From NCBI GenBank assembly GCA_951406725.2, contig OX597822.1, positions 93,682,001 to 93,746,000 of the forward strand: DNA of 64,000 nucleotides, written 5' to 3'. The notes below the pieces were generated by a model. That model was given only the letters and a program-made list of their open reading frames with translations, made no database searches and had not been told where the DNA came from. How positions within the stretch are numbered: the first letter of the stretch is position 1; each line of letters starts with the position of its first letter. The DNA comes from Octopus vulgaris (lineage: Eukaryota). A program made the position numbers and the translations under genes. Shown one piece after another: positions 1 to 13,689 of the stretch.

Positions 1-1056
1 CTGAGAGTTGTAAGGAAGGAAGACTTCTCGTAAGCTATCAATGTGGAGTAAAGGGACACATGAAAGCTAAGTGCCCCCAGAAACACGAAGAGAATGTGAC
101 GGAGATGAAACAGCACGAAGAGGTAGACGTGCAATGCATAGAGGAGCAGAGGCCAGTGGAAAATATGGAAGAAAGATGCACAGTGGTGAAGAGGAAGAAA
201 AGACAAGAAAACATAAACTCACTACCAAAGAGTCCCATGAAGAAAAGAAAAGGAAGTGTAGAGGAGAGACAAGGGTTACCAAAAGGAGGAAAAGCGAACG
301 GGCAGAAAAGAAACGAGATGTCGGCAAAATTGAGCGAGACAGACGAAGAGAGAAAACAGAGAGCGATGCCAGCAATTAGCACAGAGGCAAAAGTAAAAGG
401 ACAGAGAAAAAAACGAAGATAGAAATGAAATGACAACAACATCGAGCGAGAGACAAGCGGAGAAGAAAGAGATGGAAACATCAGCAACAGCAGAAGAGAT
501 TAGTGATGGAAATCAGAAAGTAACACTGAAGGGAAAACAATTAAGAACTATGATACAGTACAGAAAAAAAATGTAGAAATTGAAAAAAAGATCACGAAAA
601 TGAAAACTGTAAATAGGGTGAAATTAGCGCCTAAACCGTGCAATGAAAGATTTAAAGTGGTCTTGCTTGTAAGAGAGAGAGAGGTGAAAGGTTGAAGGAA
701 CTATTCGGGGAAATGATAGAGATATGACCGTTACAGTTTCGATTCAATGAGTTGCCACCGGTGGACAAAATGGACATAATGGAATATCTAATATAAAGGA
801 AAGTAAGTGAGACATTTAAAATTTTAAAATAAGGACTTTTTCAAAAAATTATGGAAAAAAGGAATAATGAACTATGTGATACATAAACAGTAAAATGGAA
901 CTGTCTACTTGTGGGGGGGGGGCAGGTAAGCCATTTCATCTCATTTATCATTTATTCATAATTTCATCTGTCATGTTTTGTGTACCCCACTGTATTGCTT
1001 TGTCTGTCGTATTGTCCCATTTTTATCAGAGGCCTTGTGTCTAATAGAAGAAATCA
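1..1056 (+). mobile_element. Decayed Tx1/L1-type ORF1 (gag-like) element, 3' part
   Basis: Degenerate zinc knuckle (S)YQCGVKGHMKAKC at ~33-74, then a charged K/E-rich region with stops. Ends in the tail TTTGTCTGTC...CCTTGTGTCTAATAGAAGAAAT. Confidence 0.6.
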
Positions 1057-1069
1057 GGACGTTAGTGTT

Positions 1070-1108
1070 GCCCCGGCGGAGGTTTGCGCTCTCTGAGTGC
1101 TCTTGTTA
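1070..1108 (+). mobile_element. Helentron/HINE-type 3' terminus remnant
   Basis: GGCGGAGGT sub-terminal motif, then the hairpin GCGCTC-TCT-GAGTGC and a T-rich end. Confidence 0.45.
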
Positions 1109-1144
1109 TTATTATTATTATCATTATTGAATACAAAATCGTGT

Positions 1145-1780
1145 CGGCGAGCTGAGAGAATTGTTAGTACGCCGGGCAAAATGCTTAGCGGCTTTCCGTC
1201 TTTACGTTCTGAGTTCGAATTCCGCCGAGGTCAACTTTGCCTTTCATCCTTTCGGGGTCAATAAAATAAGGGGATCTTTTCGGTTTGAACGGCAGTTTTT
1301 TAAAATAATTTCCACGTAACTAAACACTTTTAAACTTCGTATACTGGTAGAATGTGTTTATAAAACACCTTTTTCTCTTGGCTTTATTGAGAAAATTCTA
1401 TAGTTTGTAAGATATTTGTTGTTGTTTTTCTTCAATTTCTGCAATTTCAACCAATCAATGCCGTCTATTGAGGTGAAAACATTCTTGCCGAATGAATATG
1501 TCCCTCGTTTAAGAAACAGATTGGGTTTATTTACATTTCTGAAGAAAAAAGATACCCTTCCCCCCACCCTTAACCCTAACCCTAACCCTAAAACAGATTG
1601 AAATGCAATAGATCGATACTAGAGTCATAATTATGGGTGAAAATTTCATATGACACCTCTAGAAAAAACTGCCGTTCAAACCAAAAAGATCCAAATAAGG
1701 CACCAGTTGAGCTCTGGAGTCAATGTAATCGACCTATCCCTTCCCCCTAAATTGTTGGCCTTGTGCCAAAATTTGAAACT
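1145..1780 (+). mobile_element. tRNA-derived SINE family A, interrupted by a MITE
   Basis: GGCGAGCTG head, B-box GAGTTCGAATTCC and core GCCTTTCATCCTTTCGGGGTC; resumes after the MITE. Confidence 0.85.
1272..1692. mobile_element. MITE family M (GGATCTTTTCGGTTTGAACGGCAGTTTTT TIRs; Merlin/MULE-like)
   Basis: ~29-bp TIRs, exact 8-bp TSD AAATAAGG, internal (TAACCC)n. Confidence 0.9.
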
Positions 1781-1954
1781 ATTATTAAATAGAAAATTAA
1801 GTTGTATATTTAGAAAGTTAGATAATTAAACAAAATGCATAATGCATCTATTTACTGTATTTTGGAAAATAAGAAAACAGAAGCCAATGCAAAACAAAAA
1901 CGAGAAAATGAGAACTAGAATCCGCTTAGAAATATAAAAACTCATTTCGCCATT

Positions 1955-2685
1955 TTTGTTACCATGTCACTTTTGAAGTACACTTTTTTTTTTGTTTCAA
2001 TTAATTTTGAAAAATAGTAAAGAATTTAATAAAAATAACTTCGTCATTATGAAGCTGGTGTTTGGAACATGAATTAGCATGAAATTTTGATGGAGGGTTT
2101 TATATTAGACAAACTTTTAAAGGCGGTAAGCTAGTAGTGTCATTAGCACGTCGGGCGAAATGTTTAGCGACATCTCATTCCGTCTTTACTTTCTGAGTCA
2201 AAATTCCGCCGGGGGTCGACTTTACCTTTCATCTTTTCGAATTTGATAAAATAAGTTCCAGTTGAGCAGTGGGGTCGATGTCTTCTTCTCCCCTCCCGAA
2301 ATAGCTGCCCTTGTGTTAAAATTTGAAACTAATTTAGACAACTTTAACCCTTTTGTTCCATATTTCTTTTGAAATTCACTGGCTTTGTTTCACTTTATGT
2401 TGAATAAAGAATCAAGAATTTATTAAAATAACTTTGACATCGTTAAGCTGCTGTATAGAACATGAATTAACACAAAATTTCGATGGAGGGTTTCATTTAG
2501 ATCACTTTAATCTATTTGGTACCATATTTCTTTAGTAAAATAACTTTGTCGGAATTAAGCTGTTGTTTGGAACACAAATTAACATAAAATTTTGCTTGAA
2601 AGTTTTAATTTAGGTCACTTTAAAACAATACGTTTGTATCATGGAACCCAGGGTGGTCTCAGGTGGATTGGCATCAAAAGAGTTA
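1955..2685 (+). mobile_element. piggyBac-like MITE remnants with an internally repeated ~160-bp segment; SINE A at ~2122-2330
   Basis: TTAACCCTTTTG at 2344 and CAAAAGAGTTA at ~2675; segment TAAAATAACTT...AAGCTG...GAACA...AATT present three times. Confidence 0.5.
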
Positions 2686-3529
2686 CACAGTTTATCAAGC
2701 TTGAGAATCATATACTTCGCAATGTATGCGCTACTTCTCCTAAACCTGGTGAAAATCTCCAGTGACAGTGTAAAAATGATTAAAAGCTGGTTTCTACTGA
2801 CCCCAGTGGACATTTTTAAACGACAAGGAATAAAGTCTTTCTTATTTGGAGAGGGAATAAAATCGCAGAATGTATGGTGGGAAATTGTTACATCTTAATA
2901 ACGTGTGTAGTCAGTTGTACAGAAAATGTCGTGCTGCGACAGAAAGAAATATCAGGCTGAAGTGTTGGAGGGTAGAATGCAAACCTACTTCTAACTATTG
3001 AGTCTCTAGAGAAATGGTTTATGTAAACAACGACAGGAAGTTAAGAATTGTTAAAAAACAAGAAGGGAAATAACTTTCAGTAAAAATTTAAACAAGCGAA
3101 ATAGACGCCGGCTTATTTTAAGTTAGAATTACTCGACACGCAAGAAATAGCGGCTACATCTCTCTTAAATCACGCTCATACAACGTAAAAAAGAAGGAAG
3201 GTTACAATGGCTTATGTAGTCCTAGATGTAATATGCCATGAGAAAAAACACAGAATGATCTCTGCTGGAATATCTTTGATAACAAATAGTCCTGTTCAAC
3301 GAAAGCTGCCCTTGGGTTAAACAGCAACTACAGGACGTGATCAAAAATTTAATATCAAATGAATGGCCTATGAAGAGGTAGAAGTAGTATAGCTCCAAAT
3401 TCAATGGTTTTATGGTGATTAATTTGGTATTTTTACATTCGAGTAATTCGAGTCAAGTAATAGGGTCGATTCGATCAACTGACAAATCTTCCCCAGAAAT
3501 TTGTTACAGATCATAACCAATGTTATTGT

Positions 3530-3531
3530 AA

Positions 3532-3603
<72 letters not shown>

Positions 3604-3631
3604 TAATAATAATGATAATAATAATAATGAC

Positions 3632-3708
<77 letters not shown>

Positions 3709-3718
3709 CAATAATAAG
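3530..3718. repeat. (TAA)n microsatellite
   Basis: Direct reading. Confidence 0.97.
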
Positions 3719-4296
3719 TACTCTGATGCAGTACTAGGCGCTGGCTCTCATTGCTTCTGATCTTAACTGATTGGAGGTGCTATCATGTACATGTTTTGTC
3801 TTAGAGTAAAAGATGAGCTGCAACAAATATTCTACTCAATATCACAGATTTGCTTGTCAATTGCTTGGCCTTAACCAGCTGATCATGTCACTCAGTGGCT
3901 GACGATATGTGCATCTCTGATCACGAGCAGAAGTAGTGGGGGAGCATCATAACCATGTGTTGAGAGGGATTCATTGGGGTTTTGAATAATTTACCTCTGG
4001 AAACATGGGTGTTTCGTTCAACATCCTTAAACAACCCTTATTCAGGGACTTTTTGAGCTGGATGGGCAACTCGACCTGAAGAAAATTCTAACTGGGCCCC
4101 ACCTGCAAGGTCATGCACTGTTTATCTTGACATGAGATCACTATGTCGTGCACATATGGCTATGATGCATGTTCCTGGTGTACCCTTATCAAACAGGTCG
4201 TCATGATGGGTATATCAGTCTTCATATATTTGTACCCTAATGTCACTTTGATGGTATGTGCTGCTCTCAATACTGATGATGTGGTGGTGGTGGTGA

Positions 4297-4349
<53 letters not shown>

Positions 4350-4352
<3 letters not shown>

Positions 4353-5900
4353 GAGGGAAGTTTAGGGACAATAGAAATCAAGAGAGGCATCTTTTAAGGG
4401 GATTACCTGTCCCCACTGATCTTTGTATTGTGCATGATACCACTAACGCTGATTCTGAGGAAAGCAAAGCCTGGGTATGTATTCAAAAGCCGCCTACAAA
4501 AAGTCAACCATGGATGACCGCAAACTTTATGGTTAAGATGAATCTCAAGTCAGTTCACTTGTTTATACGGTGTATACTTTCAGTGCTGATATCAGAATGG
4601 AGTTCAGACTGAAAAAGTGTGGTGTGTTAGACTTGAAGAGAGGCAAACCTAATGTATGGACGGACTAGCGATACCATCAAAGCAGACAGAAGAGACGGGC
4701 TATAAGTACTTGGGGATATTGGAAATGGATAAATTGATGGAGAAAGAAATGACAGAAAAATTTAAGGTAGAGTACTTGCGCAGACTGAGACTGATCCTTA
4801 AGTCGAAATTAAAGGGACGGAATAAGATTAAAGTTATCAACACCTGGGCGGTTTCACTACTTAGATATGGAGCAGGGGTAATCGCATGGACAGTAGACGA
4901 ACTAAACAGCTTAGACAGAAAGACAAGGAAGTTGCTGATTAGATATGGGATACTCCACCCAAAAAGTGACACAGACAGACTGTATGTACCAAGAAAAAGA
5001 AGGGGAAGAGGGCTGATTGGATGTGAACACAGCATTAGAGCAGAAGAAAACAACAAAGCATCGTATATAAAAATGCCACAGAACCACAATTATTGGAAGT
5101 AAGAAAGTCAGGCTTGTGTAGGATGACTTGACAGAGCAAAAAAGTGGTACGACCACAAACCCGAATGCATCATTGAAAATGATAATGCAAAGATCCTGTA
5201 GGATTGCCTTTCTTGGACTCACGACTGCTAAATCACATCATACTTTGAATGCGTTTGAAATCTAAGAGCAGGAAATTGCTACAAAACACCAAATAAACAA
5301 AAGAGACAGTGAAGCCCTTAGTGCCCCAACATGCAACCTAAAATTTGGATTATGTCAGGTTTTGTGGAAGACATTACAAATATAATGAGCGACACCTTAT
5401 AAATGTCATAAAGATACTGCCTTCCAATGCGACGTGAGATGTCATTAAGACAATGTACAATACCATACGAAATGTTTTGGGAGAAATATAAGGAATCATC
5501 CTGTTACTGAATACATAGATAAACATCAACACGTTAATGGAATATTCCCAACACAAGTTCCACCATGAACAAACATAACAGGCAAAACAGACATGAAAAA
5601 GTACGAACCATCATAGAAGTCAGCTGCTCTGCTGATGTGAATATCCCTTAAAAAACCAATGAGAAAGAGGATAAATATAGACAACTGCTTCGAATCTTTC
5701 AGCTTTTGTATGCAGTCTATAAATTCACAATTCTTTCGATGATACTCAGTGCACTTGGTTTCGTTCAAAGTGTTTAAGTGACAATTTGGAAAAACTAAGG
5801 TTTTCTGAAAAACAAAAGTCAACCAACTAACATGCACATTACAACTATCTATAAGCAGAACAATAAAAATATGTTAGAATTTTCTCAAGTTCAAAACGTG
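4350..5900 (+). mobile_element. R4/Dong-clade non-LTR retrotransposon, decayed (RT and restriction-like endonuclease remnants)
   Basis: IKRGIF*GDYLSPLIFVLCMIPL, YKYLGILE, NKIKVINTWAVSLLRYGAG, HPKSDTDRLYVPRKRRGRGL and later IIEVSCSAD. Abuts a (TAA)n tract, the known Dong target. Confidence 0.85.
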
Positions 5901-6009
5901 ACGTTGTTTCTGTTAACTACATTTCAACGCTGGAGCTTTATATCTTTGTAAGAAATAAACTCCTTCCTTACAGGAAGTTTTCCAATAATTTAAAATAGAA
6001 AAGAACATA

Positions 6010-6136
6010 CTCACACGCACACACACACATGCACACACACGCACATACATACATACATACATACATACATACATACATACATACATACATACATGTATAA
6101 TACATACATACATACACACATACATACACTCATACA

Positions 6137-6170
<34 letters not shown>

Positions 6171-6571
6171 CATACATACATAATACATACACACACACAT
6201 ACATACATGCATGCCTACATACATACATACATACATACATACATACACACATACATACACACATACATACACACATACATACATACATACACTCATACAT
6301 ACATACATACATAATACATACACACATACATACACACATACATACATACACACATCATACATACATACATACATACATACATACATACATACACACATCA
6401 TACATACATACATACACACATACATACATACACACATCATACATACATACATACATACACTCATAAATACATACATACATACATACATACACACATACAT
6501 ACACTCATACATACACTCATACATACACTCATACATACATACATACATACATACATACATACATACATACA

Positions 6572-6602
<31 letters not shown>
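6010..6602. repeat. (CATA)n/(CA)n compound microsatellite
   Basis: Direct reading. Confidence 0.97.
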
Positions 6603-6960
6603 TTACAAATTCTAGATGAAACTCTATCACCAAATACGACTCCACGTCAGAAAAATTCAGACCAACGTGAGAGATGAAATAATTTATAGGATTAAGAATG
6701 AATGTGAAATTTTCAACTCTAATTTCATAAGAGAAAAAAATGTATTCTTAATAGAAAACTGGAAATAAGTAAGTAAATAAATAACTAAATGGGTAATATA
6801 TGATAATTCATTTAAACATAGGAGATTTATATTAGTGTGATGAGCTTTTAAAGAGATTTTAAGCATAAAAAATTCCGTCTCTGCAAATTGAACACCAGCA
6901 CTAGTATTACATACTCCTCCTTGATCCAGCTGAACTGCTTCCCCTACCACGAACGTTACG

Positions 6961-7044
<84 letters not shown>

Positions 7045-7334
7045 TTATCATCATCATTAAGTGTAAGATGGCAAAACACCGGATGAAATCTTTTGTGGCA
7101 TGCATACATACATACAAATATACATGCATGCATATATTATACATAAATATGTACATACACATAAGCATATGTATCTGTATATATATTTATGTGTGTGTGT
7201 GCGTGTATATACATATATGTATATGTATGTAAATATATATATATATATACATATAGATAGATAGATATGTGAACGCATATATACATATGTATATGCATGT
7301 ATATAAGTATATATATATATTCAAACACACACGC

Positions 7335-7364
<30 letters not shown>

Positions 7365-7370
<6 letters not shown>

Positions 7371-7758
7371 GAACAAGGACGCAAAGCATCCAGACAGTTA
7401 GGTAATACAAGAAAGGGACAACAAAACATCCAGATAGACAATACAAAGAAAACAAGGACGGGTCATTCGGAGTTCTCTTTCCTCAGTCGAGTTCCAGACT
7501 ATCTTTGCTGTTTCGGCTGGTTATACTCGAGATTGCTCCAATCTGGCCAGCTCCAAGGAAAAGCTAAGCTAAGAGCATTAGATTCCTTGGAAGAAAGCAG
7601 CGAATGCATATGAAAACAAGGACGGGAAAAAAACGTAGGTTTTATATATATATATATATATATATAGGTGAGAAAGTTGGTGTGTGAAAGCACGTTGGTG
7701 GATGTATAAAAAATAGAAAAGAGTGAAAAAACTACAGGCTTGTTTTATAAGGTTAAAG

Positions 7759-7762
<4 letters not shown>
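7365..7762 (-). mobile_element. Penelope-associated terminal fragments within (TA)n
   Basis: 7666-7762 is an inverted copy of 14632-14728, which lies just downstream of the Penelope GIY-YIG remnant; both are bounded by (TA)n. Confidence 0.5.
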
Positions 7763-7795
<33 letters not shown>

Positions 7796-7807
7796 GTATG
7801 TACGTAA

Positions 7808-7975
<168 letters not shown>

Positions 7976-8831
7976 TAGGCGTCGGACCAAAAACATTGCA
8001 ATATTTAGTTACTGCTCTTTACGTTCTGAGTTCAAATCCTGAAGTGCTGAACTTGCACTTCATCCTCCCGGGTTCGATAAAATAAAATACCATTTAATGA
8101 GATCAATGTGTTTAACTATACCCTCCCGTAAAATATGAGGATATCTGCCGAAGATAATAAAGAGAACAGTCTATGACATAGTTTCAGTTCACTGTTGATT
8201 TCATTGATATCCTTGAATTTGTTATAAATATCACAAACAAGCACTTTATTTTTCGCTTCCTGTAAAATATTGTCTATTTATCTTAGTCAAAAAATTAGCT
8301 CAGTTTGTTATGCACGAGTGTATTTCATAATCATTCTTTCTATTATAGACACAAGACCTGGTATTTAGGAATGGGGATGGGGCTTGTCAATTTCATCGAA
8401 CCAAGTTCTTGACTGGTACTTATTTTATTAACCTCCACAAGGATCGAAGGCAAGTCGACTTCGGTGGAATTTGGACTCAGTATTTAGAGACGGGCGAAAT
8501 GCCGCTAAGCATTTTTCCTGGCGTGCAAACGGCTCTGCCAGCATGCCGAATAATACTTTTTATTATAGGCACAAGGCCTGAAATTTGGTGGGAGGGAGCT
8601 AACCGATTGCATTGATCTCGACGTTCAATTAGTCCTTATTTTAGTACCAGTTGAAAATTAAAGCAAAGTGTCGAAAAGGATTAAAGGCAAAGTCGACTTC
8701 GGCAGAATTTGAACACAGAACGTAAAGCCGGAATAAATGCTGCTAAACCTTTTTTTTCCGATGTACCAGCTCACTATCAAACCTTGTGGATAGCAATAAT
8801 GATAGTGGTGTTGCTGTAGGAGACATTAAAA

Positions 8832-9232
8832 TTTATATATAAAAGTGAGGTTGTGTGCTGTCTGTCTCCTACGATTTAGATTCCTAACTACTCCCACATT
8901 TTGCGGTGCAGTGTAACCAAAAGCGGGTATCTTATAGTCGTGATTCATATCGAGCCCTTCTGGGTATTAGCGCGCATCTACGATGAGTACGATTTAAAAA
9001 AAAAATTTACCATCAATTTTTTCCCATTTTTAATGCATTTATTTGCTATTATATAAGGGAAGTAACTCTCTAAAAATGTATTATTAAATCTCAGAACGTA
9101 AAAAAGCTACAGTAACACCTCCCCGCCTTGGTGGTTAGCTAAATTGAGATGGCTATTATACTATACATCTCTAAAAATGCTTATATAGTTATTTCCCTTA
9201 CAAACCCAAGCAATGCCGGGCGATACTGCTAG
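8832..9232 (+). mobile_element. Non-autonomous Helitron (~400 bp)
   Basis: 5' TTTATATATAAAAGTGAGG; 3' hairpin CCCAAGCAATGCCGGG, then CGATACTG-CTAG|T; second copy at 36317-36708 (-). Confidence 0.85.
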
Positions 9233-9240
9233 TAGTATAT

Positions 9241-9470
9241 ATTTCTTTATTGCTCACAAGGGGCTAAACATAGAGGGGACAAACAAGGACAGACACACGG
9301 ATTAAGTCGATTATATCGACCTCAGTGTATAACTGGTACTTAATTTATCGACCCCGAAAGGATGAAAGGCAAAGTCGACCTCGGCGGAATTTGAACTCAG
9401 AACGTAACGGCAGACGAAATACGGCTAAGCATTTCGCCCGGCGTGCCAACGATTCTGCCATCTCACCACC
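9241..9470 (-). mobile_element. SINE family A (long-tail form)
   Basis: Reverse complement of the head, core and tail; degenerate copies also at ~8345-8760. Confidence 0.9.
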
Positions 9471-9773
9471 TTTAATAATATAACATTAATAATATAACGA
9501 TAAAACATGATGACGAATATGAGGCCAATGATGATGAAAATGCTAATGGTAAGGAGATGACGGTGATGATGATGACGATGACGATGATGATGACTGGGCG
9601 TATTGTGTTAGTGGTAGCGGTGGTGGCGGTGGCGGTGGTGAAGATAATGGAGGTCGTGGCAGCGATGGTGGCAATAATGAGGAAATAGGTTATGAAAGTT
9701 TTTGTGTAAATAATAACCTTATATTCGACAATATAACTGTTTCTGTGAGAGGAAACCAATGAAGTTTTAGTTT

Positions 9774-10165
9774 GAAGAAGAAGACGAAGAAGAAGAAGGA
9801 GAAGAAGAAGAAGAAGAAGAAGAAGAAGAAGAAGAAGAAGAAGAAGAAGAAAGAAGAATAAGAAGAAGAAGAAAGAAGGAAGAAGAAGAAGAAGAAGAAG
9901 AAGAAGAAGAAGGAGGAGAAGAAGAAGAAGACGAAGAAGGAGGAGGAGGAGGAGAAGAGGAAGAAGAATTGAAGAAGAAGAAGAAGAAGAAGAAGAGGAA
10001 GGAGGAGGAGGAGAAGAAGGAGGAGTAGAAGAATAAGAAGAAGGAGAAGAAGAAGAAGACGACGACGAAGAAGAAGAAGAAGAAGAAGAAGAAGAATAGG
10101 AGGAGCAGGAGAAGAAGAAGAAGAAGAAGAAGAAGAAGAAGAAGGAGGAGGAGAAGAAGAAATAC

Positions 10166-10199
<34 letters not shown>

Positions 10200-10293
10200 A
10201 GAAGAAGAAGAAGAAGAAGAAGAAGAAGAAGAAGAAGAAGAAGAAGAAGAAAAACAAGAAGAAGAGGAAGAAAAACAAGAAGAAGAAGAAGAA
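9774..10293. repeat. (GAA)n/(GGA)n polypurine tract
   Basis: ~520 bp of almost pure purines on the + strand. Confidence 0.97.
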
Positions 10294-10610
10294 GTGAAAT
10301 TCTCGTCTTTAAGAACAAATCTATAAATAAGGTTTTAGTTTCGTTGGTTGAAGTGACCTGGTGGTAAGTACGATATATTAGTTATGGATGTAATGAACCG
10401 TGAAAGTATAACCTGTTAAATGTCTTACACTAACACATACATAAATACACGCTCACATATACACATGTGTAAGATTCAACTATGTGTATAAGTGTGTATG
10501 CGCGTGTAAATGTATGTATGAGTGTGTGCACGTATATATACGTGTTTATATGCATATATGTCTATACGTATATATATATATATATATATATAAGCAATCT
10601 CTATATTTTG

Positions 10611-10656
<46 letters not shown>

Positions 10657-10845
10657 TATAGCTATTAATATATATACATACATATATACGTGCAAACAGA
10701 CATACATATACATACATTCATACACGCAAACACACATACATGTATACATACATTATGAAGGCAATAAAGTCCTTTATATTCACTTGCAGAAAAGCATATA
10801 GTATCATAAATTTATAGTTAGCTAAACCATGATATATGTATATGC

Positions 10846-10923
<78 letters not shown>

Positions 10924-11172
10924 CCCTTTTTTGTGCGTGTGTAGAGGTACACGAACGCACCAATGTGCGTGCACATGCACCCTCACACAAAGGCATAAAA
11001 CAAAATATAGAGATTGCTTATATTTAGCTGTATCATCTTACGCACATTTCATTAACATAAGGCAATTATTAAGCACATAATGTAAATTTCATGATCAAGG
11101 CTTATTATCAGGCGGTCAGAGATGTGTTACATTGTTGGATTGAAAGGTTCTTGACAGAATCCACAATTGTGT

Positions 11173-11207
<35 letters not shown>

Positions 11208-11339
11208 CTATCTGACGTACCTGGTAATTCCTGGAACAGCGGGGTTTATCCCTTGGTCTCGTTCTCATAATTTTTTCACTAATCCAATAGCAACAATACA
11301 AAGTTTGTAGCTCTTGAGACGGTTTTATGTGCATTTGGT

Positions 11340-11665
11340 GAGGGCGCGTGGCTTAGTGGTGAGGGCATTCGGCTCATGATCATAAGGTTGTGAGTTCGAT
11401 TCCCGGCGACACGTTGTGTCCTTGAGCAAGACATTTTATTTCACGTTGCTCCAGTCCACTCAGCTGGCAAAAATGAGTAGTACCTGTATTTCAAAAAAAG
11501 GGCCAGCCTTGTCACACTCTGTGTCAAGCTGAATCTCTTTGCGAACTGCGTTAAGGGTACACGTGTCTGTGGAGTGCTCAGCCACTTGCACGTTAATTTC
11601 ACGAGCAAGCTGTTCCGTTGATCATATCAGCTGGGACCCTCGTCGTCGTAACCGACGGAATGCTC
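11340..11665 (+). mobile_element. tRNA-derived SINE family C1
   Basis: A-box TGGCTTAGTGG, B-box GTTCGATTCC, GTGTCCTTGAGCAAGAC core; shares its 3' half with C2. Confidence 0.85.
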
Positions 11666-12009
11666 CTTATGTGCATTTATAGAGAATACCGAACTGTCTT
11701 ACATATGATGTTGTTTTTAGGAAATCCCATTCGGTCATGAATACCCAAACTGTGAAGTCAGTTGCGCATTAATATGAAATTAGCGACCCGATAGTAAGGA
11801 TTCAAATAAAGTAGCCCCCAAAAAGGCTTTAATGCGTTCGCAGAGTATATAGAACTTAGGAGGAAATACCAATAGTTATGTATACCAAAATCGTGAAGCA
11901 TGTTACGAAACAGCAGGTTAATCAGATATGAGATAATAAAAATTCAATGTAAATAATTCTGAAAAGAGCTTTTGTGCGTTCCTCGGGGGCGCTAGTGTTG
12001 AAATGTGGA

Positions 12010-12392
12010 TGGAAGCACTCCGTCGGTTACGACGATGAGGGTTCCGGTTGATCCGACCAACGGAACAGCCTGCTCGTGAAATTAACGTGTAAGTGGCTGA
12101 GCACTCCACAGACACGTGTACCCTTAACGTAGTTCTCGGGGATATTCAGCGTGACACAGAGAGTGACAAGGCCGGTCCTTTGAAATACAGGTACAACAGA
12201 AACAGGAAGTAAGATTGAGAGAAAGTTGTCGTGAAAGAGTACAGCAAGGATCACCACCATCCCCTGCCGGAGCCTCGTGGAGTTTTAGGAGTTTTCGCTC
12301 AATAAACACTCACAACGCCCGGTCTGGGAATCGAAACAGCGATCCTACGACCGCGAGTCCGCTGCCCTAACCACTGGGCCATTGCGCCTTCT
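12010..12392 (-). mobile_element. tRNA-derived SINE family C2
   Basis: Minus-strand head GGCGCAATGGCCCAGTGGTTAGGGCAGCGGACTCGCGG...TTCGATTCC; near-identical copy at 22380-22767. Confidence 0.88.
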
Positions 12393-13689
12393 GTTGAAAT
12401 GTATACAATGAATGTAGAAACAGACTGACGTTTAGTTTTACAGCAGACATACAAATACATTAGCATATAGATTTTAAAATGAGATAACATGTATATTATC
12501 AATACGTTTACAACACTTACGAAAATATCAACACAGCTATCAATATGAACTAAGAAAATGTGTCTACATGCAAGTTGCATGTGAACTGTATGAGGACAGT
12601 GCAGATTGCAATGTTATTGATTGTTAAATTGCGATTTCTGTCTGCTTGTGTGGTTGCTTGTTGCATAGAGTACACCGTTACAAAATATTAACACGTGTAT
12701 CAAAAGCATTAACACAAGTTCCTACATAAAAACAGAGTGTGACATTTATGATGACAGCGCATTTTTCTAAAAGCAGAACAGTTCTTCATGCCGCACCTAT
12801 CAATTGGCTGAAGTGACATGAAAGGCCTCATCAGTCATGATATATTTGTGAATAAGTCACTAACCGAAAGAAGTGGATATATTGTTTAGGAAAATACTAT
12901 TTACTTGTCTAAGGGTTGCACTGAATAAATTGCGAAAATAGCTCTAACAGTTCAAATACTCAACTTGATTTATACCAAATAAAATCACTGACCTTGTCTG
13001 GCAATTTCTTGTAAGAAAGTCCATGTAATGTAGAATGCTTGTTTAATAAATCGAGAAGTATTTATTATAAAACTTACTCGGAAAAGGACGCGTGGCGTTC
13101 GATCATATAATATAGATAATATATAAATATATGCACATATACATACATATATGTACATACCTACATATATATGTATATATACATGCATATATGGGTACAG
13201 GACATCAAAAAACGTTGAACACAATGAGAAACGAAAACATAAAAACAAATCATAGAAACGAACTTTTTTCAAACAACGAAAAAAACCCAGAGTACAAGAC
13301 ATAAAACACAAGGAACATTTCCCTTCTTCAGTTATCCCTGTTTCATCTACTCCGCGTTCGAGGGTAAGGACAAGACGCGACTTCGTTGAAACAGTCCTTC
13401 CCGCAAAGCAAATTAAATAAAATTTGGGATTTTTTGCGGAGGGTTAAAGTAGTAACAAGAACAGGACAGTAAGAACAAAACAAGACAGTAAAAACAATAA
13501 AAAAATAAAAACAGGAAAAGGCAGAAAAATGAGAATAAGACAGTAAAAACAAACGATGCGGGTTGTTAAGCCAAGACGATGGAAAAATTATTTTGAACGC
13601 TTAAGGAGACAGCTTATGAAAGAGACAGAATAAACTGATCTGGTCTTGGTGAAGATAGCAATTGGAAAGATGGCTTCCCTCTGATCACG

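Noticed and set aside
1568-1592. Telomere or chromosome-fusion scar
   Set aside because: Only about three TAACCC units, located inside a MITE and repeated in its other copies.
12320-12392. tRNA gene (also ~11340, ~22700, ~24165, ~33677)
   Set aside because: A/B boxes continue into SINE bodies present in multiple copies; there is no closed acceptor stem or terminator.
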